A DNA stretch of 59,632 nt from Ignavibacteriales bacterium (GCA_016182615.1 JACPGF010000149.1:1-59632), one strand, 5' to 3'; shown: positions 28,734-38,557, counted from the first letter of the stretch. The notes: generated by a model from the sequence alone, not told the origin. Numbers and translations are program-made.

Positions 28734-29804
28734 TTAATCAGCTTCTAACCGTTCTGTGCGGTCAGCTATTTTCATTTGCTCGATAAGGTCGTTCAGGTCA
28801 CCATTAATGATACCTGAAAGATTATACAGCGTCAATCCGATGCGGTGATCGGTAACCCGGTTCTGTGGAAAATTGTACGTGCGTATTTTGTCGCTACGGT
28901 CACCGCTGCCAACCATTATACGGCGCTGTGCAGCAATTTCGCTGGCCTGCTTTTTCGATTCCGAATCATATAAACGCGCCCGTAAAACCTTTAAGGCTTT
29001 CTGCCGGTTTTTTAACTGCGAGCGCTCATCCTGGCATTGCACCACGATACCGCTGGGCAAGTGGGTAATACGGATAGCGGTTTCCACCTTGTTCACGTTT
29101 TGTCCGCCCGCGCCGCCGCTCCGGTACACATCTATTTTAAGGTCGCCGGGATTAATATCAACCTGCACGTCTTCAACTTCCGGTAAAACAGCCACGGATG
29201 CGGCTGATGTGTGTACGCGTCCACTGCCTTCGGTTTCCGGCACGCGCTGTACGCGGTGCACTCCCGATTCAAACTTCAGATCGCCAAAAACACCAATACC
29301 CTGAATAGAAAAAACGGCTTCTTTTAATCCGCCAAGGCCTGTATCGTTCAAATCAATCAATTCGTATTTCCACCCGCGTACTTCGGCATACCGGGTGTAC
29401 ATGCGGAACAGATCCCCCGCGAATAAAGCGGCTTCTTCGCCGCCCGTACCGGCCCGTATTTCAAAAATAACGTTTTTGTCATCGTTAGGGTCTTTGGGGA
29501 GCAATAAAAATTTTAACTCCGCTTCGAGTTTTTCCCGTTCAGCTTTCAATTCTTCCATTTCAAGCTCAGCCATGGCAACAAGTTCTGCATCTTCATTGGC
29601 ATCAATTATTTCCTTGTTGCCGTTTAGGCCGTTAATAATCTTCATATAGCGTTCGTAGGCTGTCATCAGCGGGGTTAAATCGCTGCGCTCTTTACTCAGG
29701 CTAATCAGTTTATCATGGTTCTTCGTGTTATCCGGGTCAGAGAGCTGATCGGTAATCTTATCGTATTTATCTTTAATCTTCGAAAGTTTTTCGCTAAAAT
29801 CCAT
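28734..29804 (-). CDS. prfA: Peptide chain release factor 1
   Basis: 356 aa with GGQ motif SGGAGGQNVNKVETAIRITH and a PxT-type tripeptide (RVQRVPETE). No RF2-style frameshift site. Confidence 0.95.
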   Translation of the reverse strand: MDFSEKLSKIKDKYDKITDQLSDPDNTKNHDKLISLSKERSDLTPLMTAYERYMKIINGLNGNKEIIDANEDAELVAMAELEMEELKAEREKLEAELKFLLLPKDPNDDKNVIFEIRAGTGGEEAALFAGDLFRMYTRYAEVRGWKYELIDLNDTGLGGLKEAVFSIQGIGVFGDLKFESGVHRVQRVPETEGSGRVHTSAASVAVLPEVEDVQVDINPGDLKIDVYRSGGAGGQNVNKVETAIRITHLPSGIVVQCQDERSQLKNRQKALKVLRARLYDSESKKQASEIAAQRRIMVGSGDRSDKIRTYNFPQNRVTDHRIGLTLYNLSGIINGDLNDLIEQMKIADRTERLEAD

Positions 29805-29843
29805 ACTGCAAATAATAGTTATATAAACCGCAAATATACGGAA

Positions 29844-29885
29844 ATAAGAATTATGAATTATGAATTAGGAATTATGAGTGATTAA
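29844..29885 (+). repeat. Tandem heptamer array, ~6 units (ATAAGAA TTATGAA TTATGAA TTAGGAA TTATGAG TGATTAA)
   Basis: Period-7 repeat read directly, followed by the 18-bp perfect palindrome AATCAGATGCATCTGATT (29884-29901). Confidence 0.7.
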
Positions 29886-30005
29886 TCAGATGCATCTGAT
29901 TACTTTCATTTATCCACTGATTTGATGGCTATCACTTTATCTTTGATAATAGTATTGGATTTAGTGCTGACTAATGAGCTTAAGATTTGAATAGATTGCG
30001 GCTAT

Positions 30006-30088
30006 GCACCGAAGGTGCTAAATTTCAATAACCGCGGATGAAATCCGTGGAAGCAGTGTCCCTACACTTTACGTCCCCGAAAGGGACG
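30006..30088. other. Three closely spaced short GC-rich hairpins
   Basis: GCACC-GAA-GGTGC (30006-30018); CCGCGGAT-GAA-ATCCGTGG (30032-30050); CGTCCC-CGAAA-GGGACG (30072-30088). On the minus strand the loops read UUC/UUCG. Confidence 0.5.
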
Positions 30089-30420
30089 AACCGATTGCTG
30101 ATTGTTAAGTAGCTACTAGTTATTAAATGATATACAGCAAAACGGGCGTTGCAATTGTATTGTTCGGGTTTTTAGTAAGAGCACAAAAATCAACATTTCA
30201 TAAGCCCGGATGGCTGAAATAGATGCAGCAAACAGAAATACAAAAAGATTGAACTCCGGAGTGAAATAGCTATTTCCAAAATCACAAGAATATACACGCG
30301 ATTCAAATAAATCTATCACAACATCCTCGACTCCCGCCCAATATTCAATGAACCAACCGAAACCACAATTCAGCAATTGATTTGTAAATGAATAAATTGT
30401 ATCTTGAAATTCAGTAAGCG

Positions 30421-30981
30421 ATGAAAGGACATGTTATGCCAGTTGAACCAATTATCCGGGAATTCAAAAAAACCGATATTGCAAATTTTCATGAAGCCGT
30501 TTCAGAGAGCATCAAAGAAGCCTATTACTGGCTACCTTGGTGCCACCCCGGATACAGCATCGATGAAGCCCGGAGCTGGATATTGATGCAGGAGTCACTC
30601 AGGCAAGGCGGGCACGAGTATAATTTTTTGATTGTTGACAGGAGAACCGATTTAATTCTCGGGGGCACAGGCATTAACACCATTCACAATTTTCATAAAT
30701 TTTGCTTTCTCGGTTATTGGGTGCGGAGTAGCCAGACAGGCAAGGGTATTGCAACTTCAGCAACCATGCAAACAGCCCGTTTCGCTTTCGAGGAGATTGG
30801 CCTGAACCGTATTGAAATACTTATGGCTGTTGACAATGCAGCCAGTAAAAGAGTAGCGGAAAAAACAAACGCAAAATACGAAGGCATTGCCCGCCAAAAA
30901 CTTTTCCTCCACAACACCTTTGTCGATGCCCACGTGTTCACCATGCTCCGTAACGATTACGTAACAGGACACGGAGAATAG
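30421..30981 (+). CDS. GNAT family N-acetyltransferase (RimJ/RimL-like)
   Basis: 186 aa. LGYWVRSSQTGKGIATSA...RIEILMAVDNAASKRVAEK resembles the acetyl-CoA-binding motif A region of RimJ/L-type GNATs. Confidence 0.75.
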   Translation: MKGHVMPVEPIIREFKKTDIANFHEAVSESIKEAYYWLPWCHPGYSIDEARSWILMQESLRQGGHEYNFLIVDRRTDLILGGTGINTIHNFHKFCFLGYWVRSSQTGKGIATSATMQTARFAFEEIGLNRIEILMAVDNAASKRVAEKTNAKYEGIARQKLFLHNTFVDAHVFTMLRNDYVTGHGE

Positions 30982-31016
30982 TTATGAACTTTGAGTGATG
31001 AGTTATGAGTGTTTAG
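30982..31016 (+). repeat. Tandem heptamer array, 5 units (TTATGAA CTTTGAG TGATGAG TTATGAG TGTTTAG)
   Basis: Starts at the first base after the GNAT TAG stop (30979-30981). Confidence 0.7.
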
Positions 31017-31091
31017 TTTAGCCCGGTTTTTACTTCTTTTTTAAAGATTTGCATTAATAAACCGGGCTATAAAGTAGTATATTTCAGCCTT

Positions 31092-31154
31092 CAAAATTCT
31101 CCATTCTCCATTCTACATTCTACATTATTCATTCTTCATTATTAATTATTCATT
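31092..31154 (-). repeat. Tandem heptamer array, 9 units (minus strand AATGAAT AATTAAT AATGAAG AATGAAT AATGTAG AATGTAG AATGGAG AATGGAG AATTTTG)
   Basis: Starts inside the TAA stop (31153-31155) of the minus-strand nuclease gene. Units are the same as in the rmuC array. Confidence 0.8.
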
Positions 31155-31893
31155 ACTCCCCAAGTCCCCATTTTCCCGGGTCGCACTCCGCTTCCAATTT
31201 ATTTTCCAATTTATCCGGTAGTTTGGGGAAGAAGTTAATCCCGGTTTTACTTTCGATTTCATTGATGCTGACGGCAAACTCAGCAAGCGGGCTGTCACTT
31301 GCCTCGTTTGGCAGAATAAAGCCTATGGCCTTTTTTTCCGGGCCGTAATAATCGAGCACAATTTTGTAATAGGCATTGGGGATGGCAATTTTGTTTATCT
31401 TACCGAGGGTTTTCATTTCACCCCTTAAGATGCCGCCGCTGACGATGTAGAGTTCATGTTCTTTTCTACACAGTTCGCGTACTTTCACTTCGAGTTGTTT
31501 CCATACACCCCGGTTAAACGATTTATACTGCGGGGACATATTGCTCATGTAAAAAGTTTCACTCATAGCCATAGCCGAAAAGCCCATATCCGCTGCCGGG
31601 CACAGGTGTCCGCGGTCGTAGTCGGTTCCCGCGTAATCCGTTGGTGCCGAGCTGCCTGTTTTTACCGCGGGATCGAACTTGAAATTATTTTTCCGTTCCG
31701 CTTCTCCGGCAAGCATGGTATCAACAAGTTTATAGGCAACCCATTCAGCCTGTTCAAATTTTTCGATATAGGAAAGCGTGTAATAGGTGTGTTTTACCAC
31801 ATCGGCATTTTTGCCCTTGGGAAGGTAATCGAAGGATTGGGCGAACAATGATGCGCCCAACAGCATAACGAAACAAAAGAAACGTGCGTTCAT
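31153..31893 (-). CDS. Secreted DNA/RNA non-specific endonuclease (NucA/EndoG family)
   Basis: 246 aa with signal peptide MNARFFCFVMLLGASLFAQ and active-site DRGH motif (DYDRGHLCPAADM), then SNMSPQ...FNRGVW. Confidence 0.85.
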   Translation of the reverse strand: MNARFFCFVMLLGASLFAQSFDYLPKGKNADVVKHTYYTLSYIEKFEQAEWVAYKLVDTMLAGEAERKNNFKFDPAVKTGSSAPTDYAGTDYDRGHLCPAADMGFSAMAMSETFYMSNMSPQYKSFNRGVWKQLEVKVRELCRKEHELYIVSGGILRGEMKTLGKINKIAIPNAYYKIVLDYYGPEKKAIGFILPNEASDSPLAEFAVSINEIESKTGINFFPKLPDKLENKLEAECDPGKWGLGE

Positions 31894-32159
31894 AAAGCCT
31901 CCACTTAAAATTATTACATTTTAATTATGTACAGTGCAATTTAATTATTTGCCTGATAATAGGAAATTAGAATTTGGCGGGAATTATTTAAGGCGTCATC
32001 CCTATTTTTTTAGTTCAAATTGGTCGTTTTTTCACCCACTTTTTTTGCTCGCCCCAACATTTTATCCAAAATTAAATCAATAACTTTGCTTACATGGAAT
32101 TACCCCTCTCATTCTACCATGCGGTTTCTCAACATCTTCATGATATCTCGGTAATAGCC

Positions 32160-33770
32160 CCTAACCCGGCTGCTTTGCACGTAATATAATTACAAATAAT
32201 TTGAAATCGCCGTACCAGTATTTAGAATACTGGTTTTTTTGTTTTATATCGGTATTACTTGTATATGGAATACTCTCGAGAAAGCTAATCACGAAAAAGA
32301 AAAATAGTTTCTCCACGACCTGACTTTGCGATCGCCCATCGTCTCCCCGGCACTGAACTTCGTTGTATCCGAGGTAAGTACTACCTCTATGCTGTCTCTT
32401 CAAAATACGACCCGGTTCGAAAACGAGCCAGAAAAATCATGGGTAAATTACCGGGGACTATAACCGAGGAGAATGGATTTGTTAAAGCTGAGAAACGTAT
32501 CCTCTTGGAGAAAGCCTTTGCGCAAGTTGTTTTGACAAAGATTTGTGTGCGGGAATATGGTTTTACTTCCTTCCTTTCTCAATACAATACCTTGGTCACA
32601 CAAAGATTACACCAGTATTTCCCGGCTGCATTTCAATCAATAATTTACATGGCTTTCGCCATATTTGTTCATAACAGTTCAATCAGAAATATGCCTTTCC
32701 ATACTGCAAAAAGCATGTTGAGCGTTAACGACAAGACCACATACACGGAAAAATATTTTAGTCTGTTATTGCTAGATATCGAAGGCTGGAGAGAGCAAGC
32801 CACTACTTATATGCAAAGCTTTATCAAGCCGAATGATTTCGTCTTAGTCGATATGACAAACATTTTTAGTTCCTCTGAAAACATACGATATGCCAAAGAA
32901 GGATATAATAGCGATATGGTGTTTGAACGACAATTCAACCTCATGTATATTTATTCTCCCCTGCTAGTCCAGCCTGTATTCTACAGGCTCTATTCAGGTA
33001 ACATCAGAGAAGTGAAAGGGTTTAAGCTGTGTTTACAGGAAAGCGGCATTGCTGAGGCGGTAATTATCGCCGACAAAGGTTTTTACTCGAAAGCAAATAT
33101 CGAGAACATGAAGGCAGAAGGATTACATTTTATCAGTCCCATGAAGAGAAATAATAAACTCATCCAGTATGAAAAGCTCCAAAGAAAGGATCTCTCTTAT
33201 TTTAAGTTCGAGAACCGCTACATTTGGTATATCATCCACCCTGATGATGGCGGCAGAAGGGTTTTCCTATTCAAGGAAGAACAACTTATGGTGCAGGAGG
33301 AGAAGGATTATTTGGATAGAATTACCACTCTCCCGGAATACTATCAAATAAAAACTTTCCACGAAAAGAATGAACGATTTGGCACCATTGCTCTTTTATC
33401 TAATCTCGAGACTGAAGATGCCAAACACATCTACACTACCTATAAAAGTACAAGCAACGTAGAAATCATGGTTGATGGGATTAAGAATATTCTTCATGCC
33501 TACAGAACTTATATGCAAAACGAGGATGCATTGCAAGGTTGGATGTTCATTAATCATATTGCCCTACATGGTATTATATCATTTATAACCAGCTGAAGAA
33601 CGGTAAACAACTGAAACGCTTTTCCGTTAAAGATTTTACCAGTCATCTCAACGAAATTAAAAAAAAATGAAAATTAGTGAAAATTGAGTCATTGAGCCAA
33701 TCACAAAGGCGTCTGCTCTCATGCTAGATAAATTGAATATTTATATTACGTAACAAGTAACCGGGTTAGG
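32160..33770 (+). mobile_element. Degenerate IS1634/IS4-like insertion sequence with ~30-bp imperfect terminal inverted repeats
   Basis: CCTAACCCGGCTGCTTTGCACGTAATATAA (32160-32189) matches the reverse complement of 33741-33770 at 25 of 30 positions. The repeats enclose a DDE transposase reading frame. Confidence 0.7.
32265..33670 (+). pseudogene. IS1634-family DDE transposase, disrupted by an in-frame stop and a C-terminal frameshift
   Basis: ATG at 32265 is followed by an in-frame TAA at 32286. The same frame continues ...GKYYLYAVSSKYDPVRKRARKIMGKL... into the 385-aa ORF (AVIIADKGFYSKANIENMKAEGLHFISPMKRN). The frame then changes between ~33554 and 33594, and the tail YYIIYNQLKNGKQLKRFSVKDFTSHLNEIKKK ends at 33670. 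Confidence 0.65.
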
Positions 33771-33822
33771 AATTGAATGGTTTGTTGTTTGTCCAACATG
33801 CATATACTTCTGTAAAGCTATA

Positions 33823-33871
33823 CGAAGCTGCGCTTCGAGCTACGTAGCGCGAAGCGGAGCTTCGCAGAGCC
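33823..33871. repeat. REP-like double hairpin; the second unit recurs at 46255-46282
   Basis: CGAAGC-TGC-GCTTCG (33823-33837) and GCGAAGC-GGA-GCTTCGC (33849-33865). The 28 nt at 33844-33871 match 46255-46282 at 25 of 28 positions. Confidence 0.6.
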
Positions 33872-34142
33872 CCGGGCGTAACCGGAATACCGGGGAAACT
33901 ATTGAATTGCCTACCGTTTTTCTGGTATGAAATTACTCCATAAAGGAGGATGAAACTTTGTGTTTTTAAATATTCCGTATTGTTTGCGCCCTGAGACAAG
34001 TGTCAGGCCCGGTTTTCCTTCCCTTATATATTTCATACCCTTGTGTGTTTTTTTACTTTGTAATCCTATAGTATTAGCCGTATTTTTATACGTTCAATTG
34101 TTTAGAATATTCCTTTCACTTAATAATTTTAGGAGAAACACC

Positions 34143-35192
34143 ATGATTAATAAAATTCGTGAATATCTCGGCGCAGAAGCTGATTCTTTGTTAAATCATA
34201 CTGCGAAATTCCCGAAAGAACAATTACACCTCCCCGGAGCGGATTTTGTTGACAGAGTTTTTATGCCAACCGACCGTAACATTAATGTTCTAAAGAACCT
34301 GCAATGGCTGTATATGACAGGCCGCCTCTCCGGCAGTGGTTATCTTTCAATCCTCCCAGTTGATCAAGGAATTGAGCACTCGGCAGGCGCTTCTTTTGCA
34401 CCGAACCCGGTTTATTTTGATCCGGAAAATATCGTAAAATTAGCAGTTGAAGGCGGATGTAATGCTGTTGCCTCAACTTTAGGCGTTCTTGGCATGGTTG
34501 CAAGAAAATATGCACACAAGATCCCGATGGTATTAAAAATAAACCACAACGAATTGTTAACATACCCGAACAAATTTGATCAGATCATGTTTGCCTCGGT
34601 TGATCAGGCGTATGATATGGGATGTGCAGCTGTCGGTGCTACCATCTATTTCGGTTCGGAAGAAAGTTCACGGCAGATTATCGAAGTGAGCGAGGCCTTC
34701 AGCTATGCTCACGATTTAGGCCTTGCTACTATTCTCTGGTGCTATACCCGTAACAACGCTTTCAAATCCGATAAGGATTATCATGTTTCTGCCGACTTAA
34801 CCGGACAGGCGAACCATCTTGGCGTTACCATTCAGGCAGACATTATCAAGCAGAAAATGCCGGAAAATAACGGCGGATATAATTCGATTAAAGGTTTCGG
34901 CAAAACCCACAAAAAAGTTTACACCGATCTTTCAACCGATCACCCGATTGACCTTACCCGTTATCAGGTAATTAACAATTACATGGGTCGTGCGGGACTT
35001 ATTAACAGCGGCGGCGCATCAGGCGAAAATGATTTTGCCGATGCAGCGAAAACAGCAGTTATTAACAAACGTGCCGGCGGAATGGGCCTTATTTCAGGCC
35101 GCAAAGCATTCCAACGCCCGATGAGCGAAGGTGTTGCCTTGTTAAACCTTATTCAGGATGTTTATCTCTGTAAAGATGTAACCATCGCGTAA
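34143..35192 (+). CDS. Class I fructose-bisphosphate aldolase (FbaB/DhnA family)
   Basis: 349 aa from ATG 34143, which has a GGAG Shine-Dalgarno upstream. [12 protein letters not shown] and KINHNE are typical of the family. The listed 33960 start adds a low-complexity extension. Confidence 0.8.
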   Translation: MINKIREYLGAEADSLLNHTAKFPKEQLHLPGADFVDRVFMPTDRNINVLKNLQWLYMTGRLSGSGYLSILPVDQGIEHSAGASFAPNPVYFDPENIVKLAVEGGCNAVASTLGVLGMVARKYAHKIPMVLKINHNELLTYPNKFDQIMFASVDQAYDMGCAAVGATIYFGSEESSRQIIEVSEAFSYAHDLGLATILWCYTRNNAFKSDKDYHVSADLTGQANHLGVTIQADIIKQKMPENNGGYNSIKGFGKTHKKVYTDLSTDHPIDLTRYQVINNYMGRAGLINSGGASGENDFADAAKTAVINKRAGGMGLISGRKAFQRPMSEGVALLNLIQDVYLCKDVTIA

Positions 35193-35225
35193 TGTTTTAC
35201 CGGTAACAAAAAATGATTTATAAAA

Positions 35226-35258
35226 GGCTGCCTGAATGCATCGGGCAGCTTTTTTTTT
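35226..35258 (+). terminator. Rho-independent terminator after the aldolase gene
   Basis: GCTGCC...GGCAGC stem followed by a T9 run. Confidence 0.7.
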
Positions 35259-35360
35259 GGTCAACTTTTTAATGTTTTTTGGGGTACTGCATATAGTTTT
35301 GCAAATTTCCAGGTAACAATGCCTGCAAAACCTTTGCAAACATTAACGGAAGGAAAAAGG

Positions 35361-35768
35361 ATGATACAGCAAATAAAAATGGTAGAAATAATTTTGTATG
35401 TAAGTGATCAAGAAGCAAGCAGCAGATTCTACACGAAATTATTCCGGCAGGAGCCTGATTTGCATGTTCCCGGCATGACAGAGTTTATCGTCTCAGGCAA
35501 CGGTAAAATTGGGCTTATGCCAAATAACGGAATTGCAAAAATTTTAGAAGGCAAAGTTCCACACCCGGGAAGCGGCAGCGGGATACCACGCTGCGAATTG
35601 TACCTGCATGTTGATAATATTGGATTCGAGTACGAAAACGCTTTAAACTGCGGTGCCCTGCTGATAAGCCCGGTTGCCTTGAGAGACTGGGGCGACAAAG
35701 CCTGCTATTTTGCAGACCCTGACGGGCATATTATTGCTTTTGCAGAAAAGCCTGAGTTACAGGAATAG
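35361..35768 (+). CDS. VOC (glyoxalase/bleomycin-resistance) family protein
   Basis: ~135 aa from ATG 35361. The beta-alpha-beta-beta-beta pattern IILYVSDQEASSRFY...CYFADPDGHIIAF is typical of VOC proteins. Confidence 0.6.
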   Translation: MIQQIKMVEIILYVSDQEASSRFYTKLFRQEPDLHVPGMTEFIVSGNGKIGLMPNNGIAKILEGKVPHPGSGSGIPRCELYLHVDNIGFEYENALNCGALLISPVALRDWGDKACYFADPDGHIIAFAEKPELQE

Positions 35769-35971
35769 TCTTTTTGTTTGCCGGTGCATATCTGTTTTGA
35801 TTCTGAGAACAGTGCTCGCCGATCGGGTACAGGAATATTTTCCCTTAGTATTGCTGCAAACAGCCAGCCCTAACAAGGCGAAAGAAAACCCTCTTTCTTC
35901 TCAGACTCCTCGTGTCTTGACAATTTATTTTTTAATAAAATGCACTCGTGTTTACAGTTGGAGTTTTGCCC

Positions 35972-36006
35972 CATTTTTCATTTTTCATTCTTAATTATTC
36001 ATTGCC
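35972..36006 (-). repeat. Tandem heptamer array, 5 units (plus strand CATTTTT CATTTTT CATTCTT AATTATT CATTGCC)
   Basis: Period-7 repeat. The minus-strand reading contains AATGAAA-type units as in the rmuC array. Confidence 0.55.
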
Positions 36007-36172
36007 GCGGCACTTGCCGTCAATCTCACCCGGCTTATGTTTTGCCGCCTCATTTGGGTTAAACCCCCAAAACATCATTACGTTTACCCAATAATTTAAC
36101 ACTACGTACTTTTTTATGACTCCATAAAACAATATTTTTCATTTTCATTGAAATTAATTGCGGTATTTAAAG

Positions 36173-36706
36173 ATGAATGCAAAGACTGAAAAATTACGGT
36201 TCCCTATCGGGCAATATCAAAAGCCGGACAATCTGGACAAGGAGCAGTTAACCATGTACATTCAGTTGCTTAAGGATTTCCCGAAGCAATTGCGTGAAGA
36301 AGTTATGGTAATGAATGCTGCCCAGCTTGCCAAACCATACCGCAAACATGGATGGACAGCGCTGCAGGTTGTTCACCATCTTGCAGACAGCCACATGAAC
36401 GCGTATATCCGCTGCAAACTAGCCCTAACCGAGGATACACCGGTTATAAAACCCTATGATGAAACCCGCTGGGCTAACCTTGAAGATGGCCGCTGTGCAC
36501 CTGTGGAACTATCTGTTGCACTTGTTGAAGGAATTCATGAACGCTGGTGCATCCTGTTACAATCATTATCCGAGGCTGATTTTACAAAAAGTTTTTACCA
36601 TCCTGAGCACAAAAGGGAGATAAGTATTGCCGAAATGCTTGCCATGTACACTTGGCACTCGGCTCATCATCTTTCGCACATAGAAATTTCCGCGAAGGCA
36701 AAATGA
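36173..36706 (+). CDS. DinB/YfiT-family metal-dependent protein
   Basis: ~177 aa with a His triad pattern (VVHHLADSHMNAY ... WHSAHHLSHI), typical of the DinB_2/YfiT family. Confidence 0.7.
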   Translation: MNAKTEKLRFPIGQYQKPDNLDKEQLTMYIQLLKDFPKQLREEVMVMNAAQLAKPYRKHGWTALQVVHHLADSHMNAYIRCKLALTEDTPVIKPYDETRWANLEDGRCAPVELSVALVEGIHERWCILLQSLSEADFTKSFYHPEHKREISIAEMLAMYTWHSAHHLSHIEISAKAK

Positions 36707-37932
36707 TTAAGCTTATAAAAAAAATAAGCCTTACACACTGGATAATGATTTCCATGGTGGTGGGGGCATACATCGGCTGGGCATTTCCTGAGTTTTCACA
36801 AAACCTGAAAGTTCTTTCGAACATTTTCCTCCGGCTCATCAAGTCGCTCATCGTGCCCCTGCTTTTCGGTACCCTTGTTGTTGGTATTGCCGGGCACAGT
36901 GACGATATAAAAAAAGTCGGCAGGCTGGCTCTTAAGTCACTCATCTACTTCGAAATTGTAACAACGCTTGCATTGTTTATCGGGCTTGCCGCGGTTAATC
37001 TTGTGCAGCCGGGTACCGGTGTATCGTTAAAAGTTTCGCAGGTTTCGGATGCGGCTGCAGTGGCCTCGCAACAGAAGATGACATGGCAGGGTATCATCGA
37101 GCATATTGTACCGAAAAGTTTTATCGAAGCCGCTGCTGCCAATGATGTCTTGCAGGTGGTCTTTTTTTCAATTTTGTTTGCAGTTGCAATTACACAAGCA
37201 CCGCAGAAGCACCGCGATACCATGGTCGGGTTTTGCGAGAGCCTCTCGGAAATTATGTTTAAGTTTACCGGCATTGTTATGAAGTTTGCCCCTATTGGTA
37301 TCGGGGCTGCAATTGCATACACTGTTGGGCACAGCGGGGCTGGAGTGTTAATTAATCTCGGTAAACTTGTTCTTACTCTCTACGGTGCATTGGCAGTATT
37401 TATTCTGCTGGTGCTCCTGCCGGTAATGCTCATTTTCAAAATACCTATCCGGGCATTTCTGAAAGCGGTAAAAGAGCCCGCGCTGATTGCTTTTTCAACC
37501 ACATCATCCGATGCAGCCCTGCCCGATGCCCTGAAGCAGATGATAAATTTTGGTGTGCCGAAAAGGATTGTTTCATTTGTGCTGCCAACCGGTTACTCGT
37601 TTAATTTAGATGGTACTACTCTGTATCTTGCCATTGCCAGTGTATTTGTAGCACAGGCGGCAGGCATACCATTAACGTTAGAACAACAACTTATTATGAT
37701 GCTGACCCTTATGCTTACCAGCAAAGGGGTTGCTGCAGTCCCCCGGGCTTCTCTCGTAATTTTGTCGGGAACACTGGTGACCTTTGGTTTACCCTTGGAG
37801 GGTGTAGCGGTTATACTTGGTGTTGACGAACTAATGGATATGGCCCGAACCACGGTAAATCTGGTGGGTAATTGCCTCGCCTCTGCTGTTATGGCCCGCT
37901 GGGAAGGAGAGTTGGTTGTTAAGGAACTATGA
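36703..37932 (+). CDS. Dicarboxylate/amino acid:cation symporter (GltP/DctA, SDF family)
   Basis: ~409 aa from ATG 36703 (ATGA overlap with the upstream stop). Family motifs: SSDAALP, PTGYSFNLDGT, GVAAVP and DMARTTVNVVGN-like. Confidence 0.85.
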   Translation: MIKLIKKISLTHWIMISMVVGAYIGWAFPEFSQNLKVLSNIFLRLIKSLIVPLLFGTLVVGIAGHSDDIKKVGRLALKSLIYFEIVTTLALFIGLAAVNLVQPGTGVSLKVSQVSDAAAVASQQKMTWQGIIEHIVPKSFIEAAAANDVLQVVFFSILFAVAITQAPQKHRDTMVGFCESLSEIMFKFTGIVMKFAPIGIGAAIAYTVGHSGAGVLINLGKLVLTLYGALAVFILLVLLPVMLIFKIPIRAFLKAVKEPALIAFSTTSSDAALPDALKQMINFGVPKRIVSFVLPTGYSFNLDGTTLYLAIASVFVAQAAGIPLTLEQQLIMMLTLMLTSKGVAAVPRASLVILSGTLVTFGLPLEGVAVILGVDELMDMARTTVNLVGNCLASAVMARWEGELVVKEL

Positions 37933-37956
37933 GTGATGAACGATGAGTGATGAGTT
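37929..37956 (+). repeat. Tandem heptamer array, 4 units (ATGAGTG ATGAACG ATGAGTG ATGAGTT)
   Basis: The first unit contains the transporter TGA stop (37930-37932). Confidence 0.7.
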
Positions 37957-38557
37957 GTAAAAGAATAGCATGCATGTGGATTTGACCGGCGTAGGGGGAA
38001 AATTTTTCCGGCGGCATATTTTGGTTGATATGAAAATTTGGCGGCAATTCTGTAATTAGGCGAATCAGGCAGCAGAATCATGCTCAATAACAGGTCCTTA
38101 CAGTGAACTGAATTTTTTAATAAAAATTGACTGCTTTCACCATGCATTTAGTGGCTTGGCATCCATTCCTTTGGAAAAAGCCTGTGGAAAGTGGAATGGA
38201 ACAACCCCAGAGTGAACTCCGGGGTTAGGAGATAATTTGTTTTAACCTCCCGTAGAGCGGTAAGTCTTCAGCTCCAGACGCCTGTTTTACCCGCTTGGAT
38301 AGATTTTAGGCCAATGAAAAAATCCAGAGTAAATAAATATTTTTTGGTTTTTATATTTCAGGACTTTTTTGTCCTTTTTGAAGAAACCAACACTCCATTA
38401 AACATGCTTCAAAAAACTCCGCCTCAATTTCAGGTATAGCGTTAATTGCAGCGCCGGAAATCCCCCGGAACCTGATGAGATTTTAATTGCATTTTGCCTA
38501 AATAATTTTTAACATAAAGTTCAAATCCATAATTATTTAATTTAAGGAGCCGATACA

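Noticed and set aside
28734-29804. RF1 reads P-E-T where E. coli RF1 has P-A-T
   Set aside because: This still fits the general PxT codon-recognition motif. I have no basis from sequence alone to claim altered stop-codon specificity.
30116-30376. 86-aa minus-strand ORF between prfA and the GNAT gene
   Set aside because: It has no recognisable motif or convincing start context, and could be a small membrane protein or noise. I did not call it as a feature.
32161-32403. 80-aa minus-strand ORF at the left end of the IS element
   Set aside because: It overlaps the IS terminal repeat and the transposase 5' region on the opposite strand, and has no support.
33960-34142. 61-codon N-terminal extension of the aldolase ORF
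   Set aside because: The extension is hydrophobic and low-complexity. The family-typical N-terminus begins at ATG 34143, which has a proper Shine-Dalgarno site.
37593-38147. 184-aa minus-strand ORF overlapping the 3' end of the symporter gene
   Set aside because: Most of it is antisense to a well-supported transporter. The sequence is Ser/Thr/Ala-rich with no motifs.
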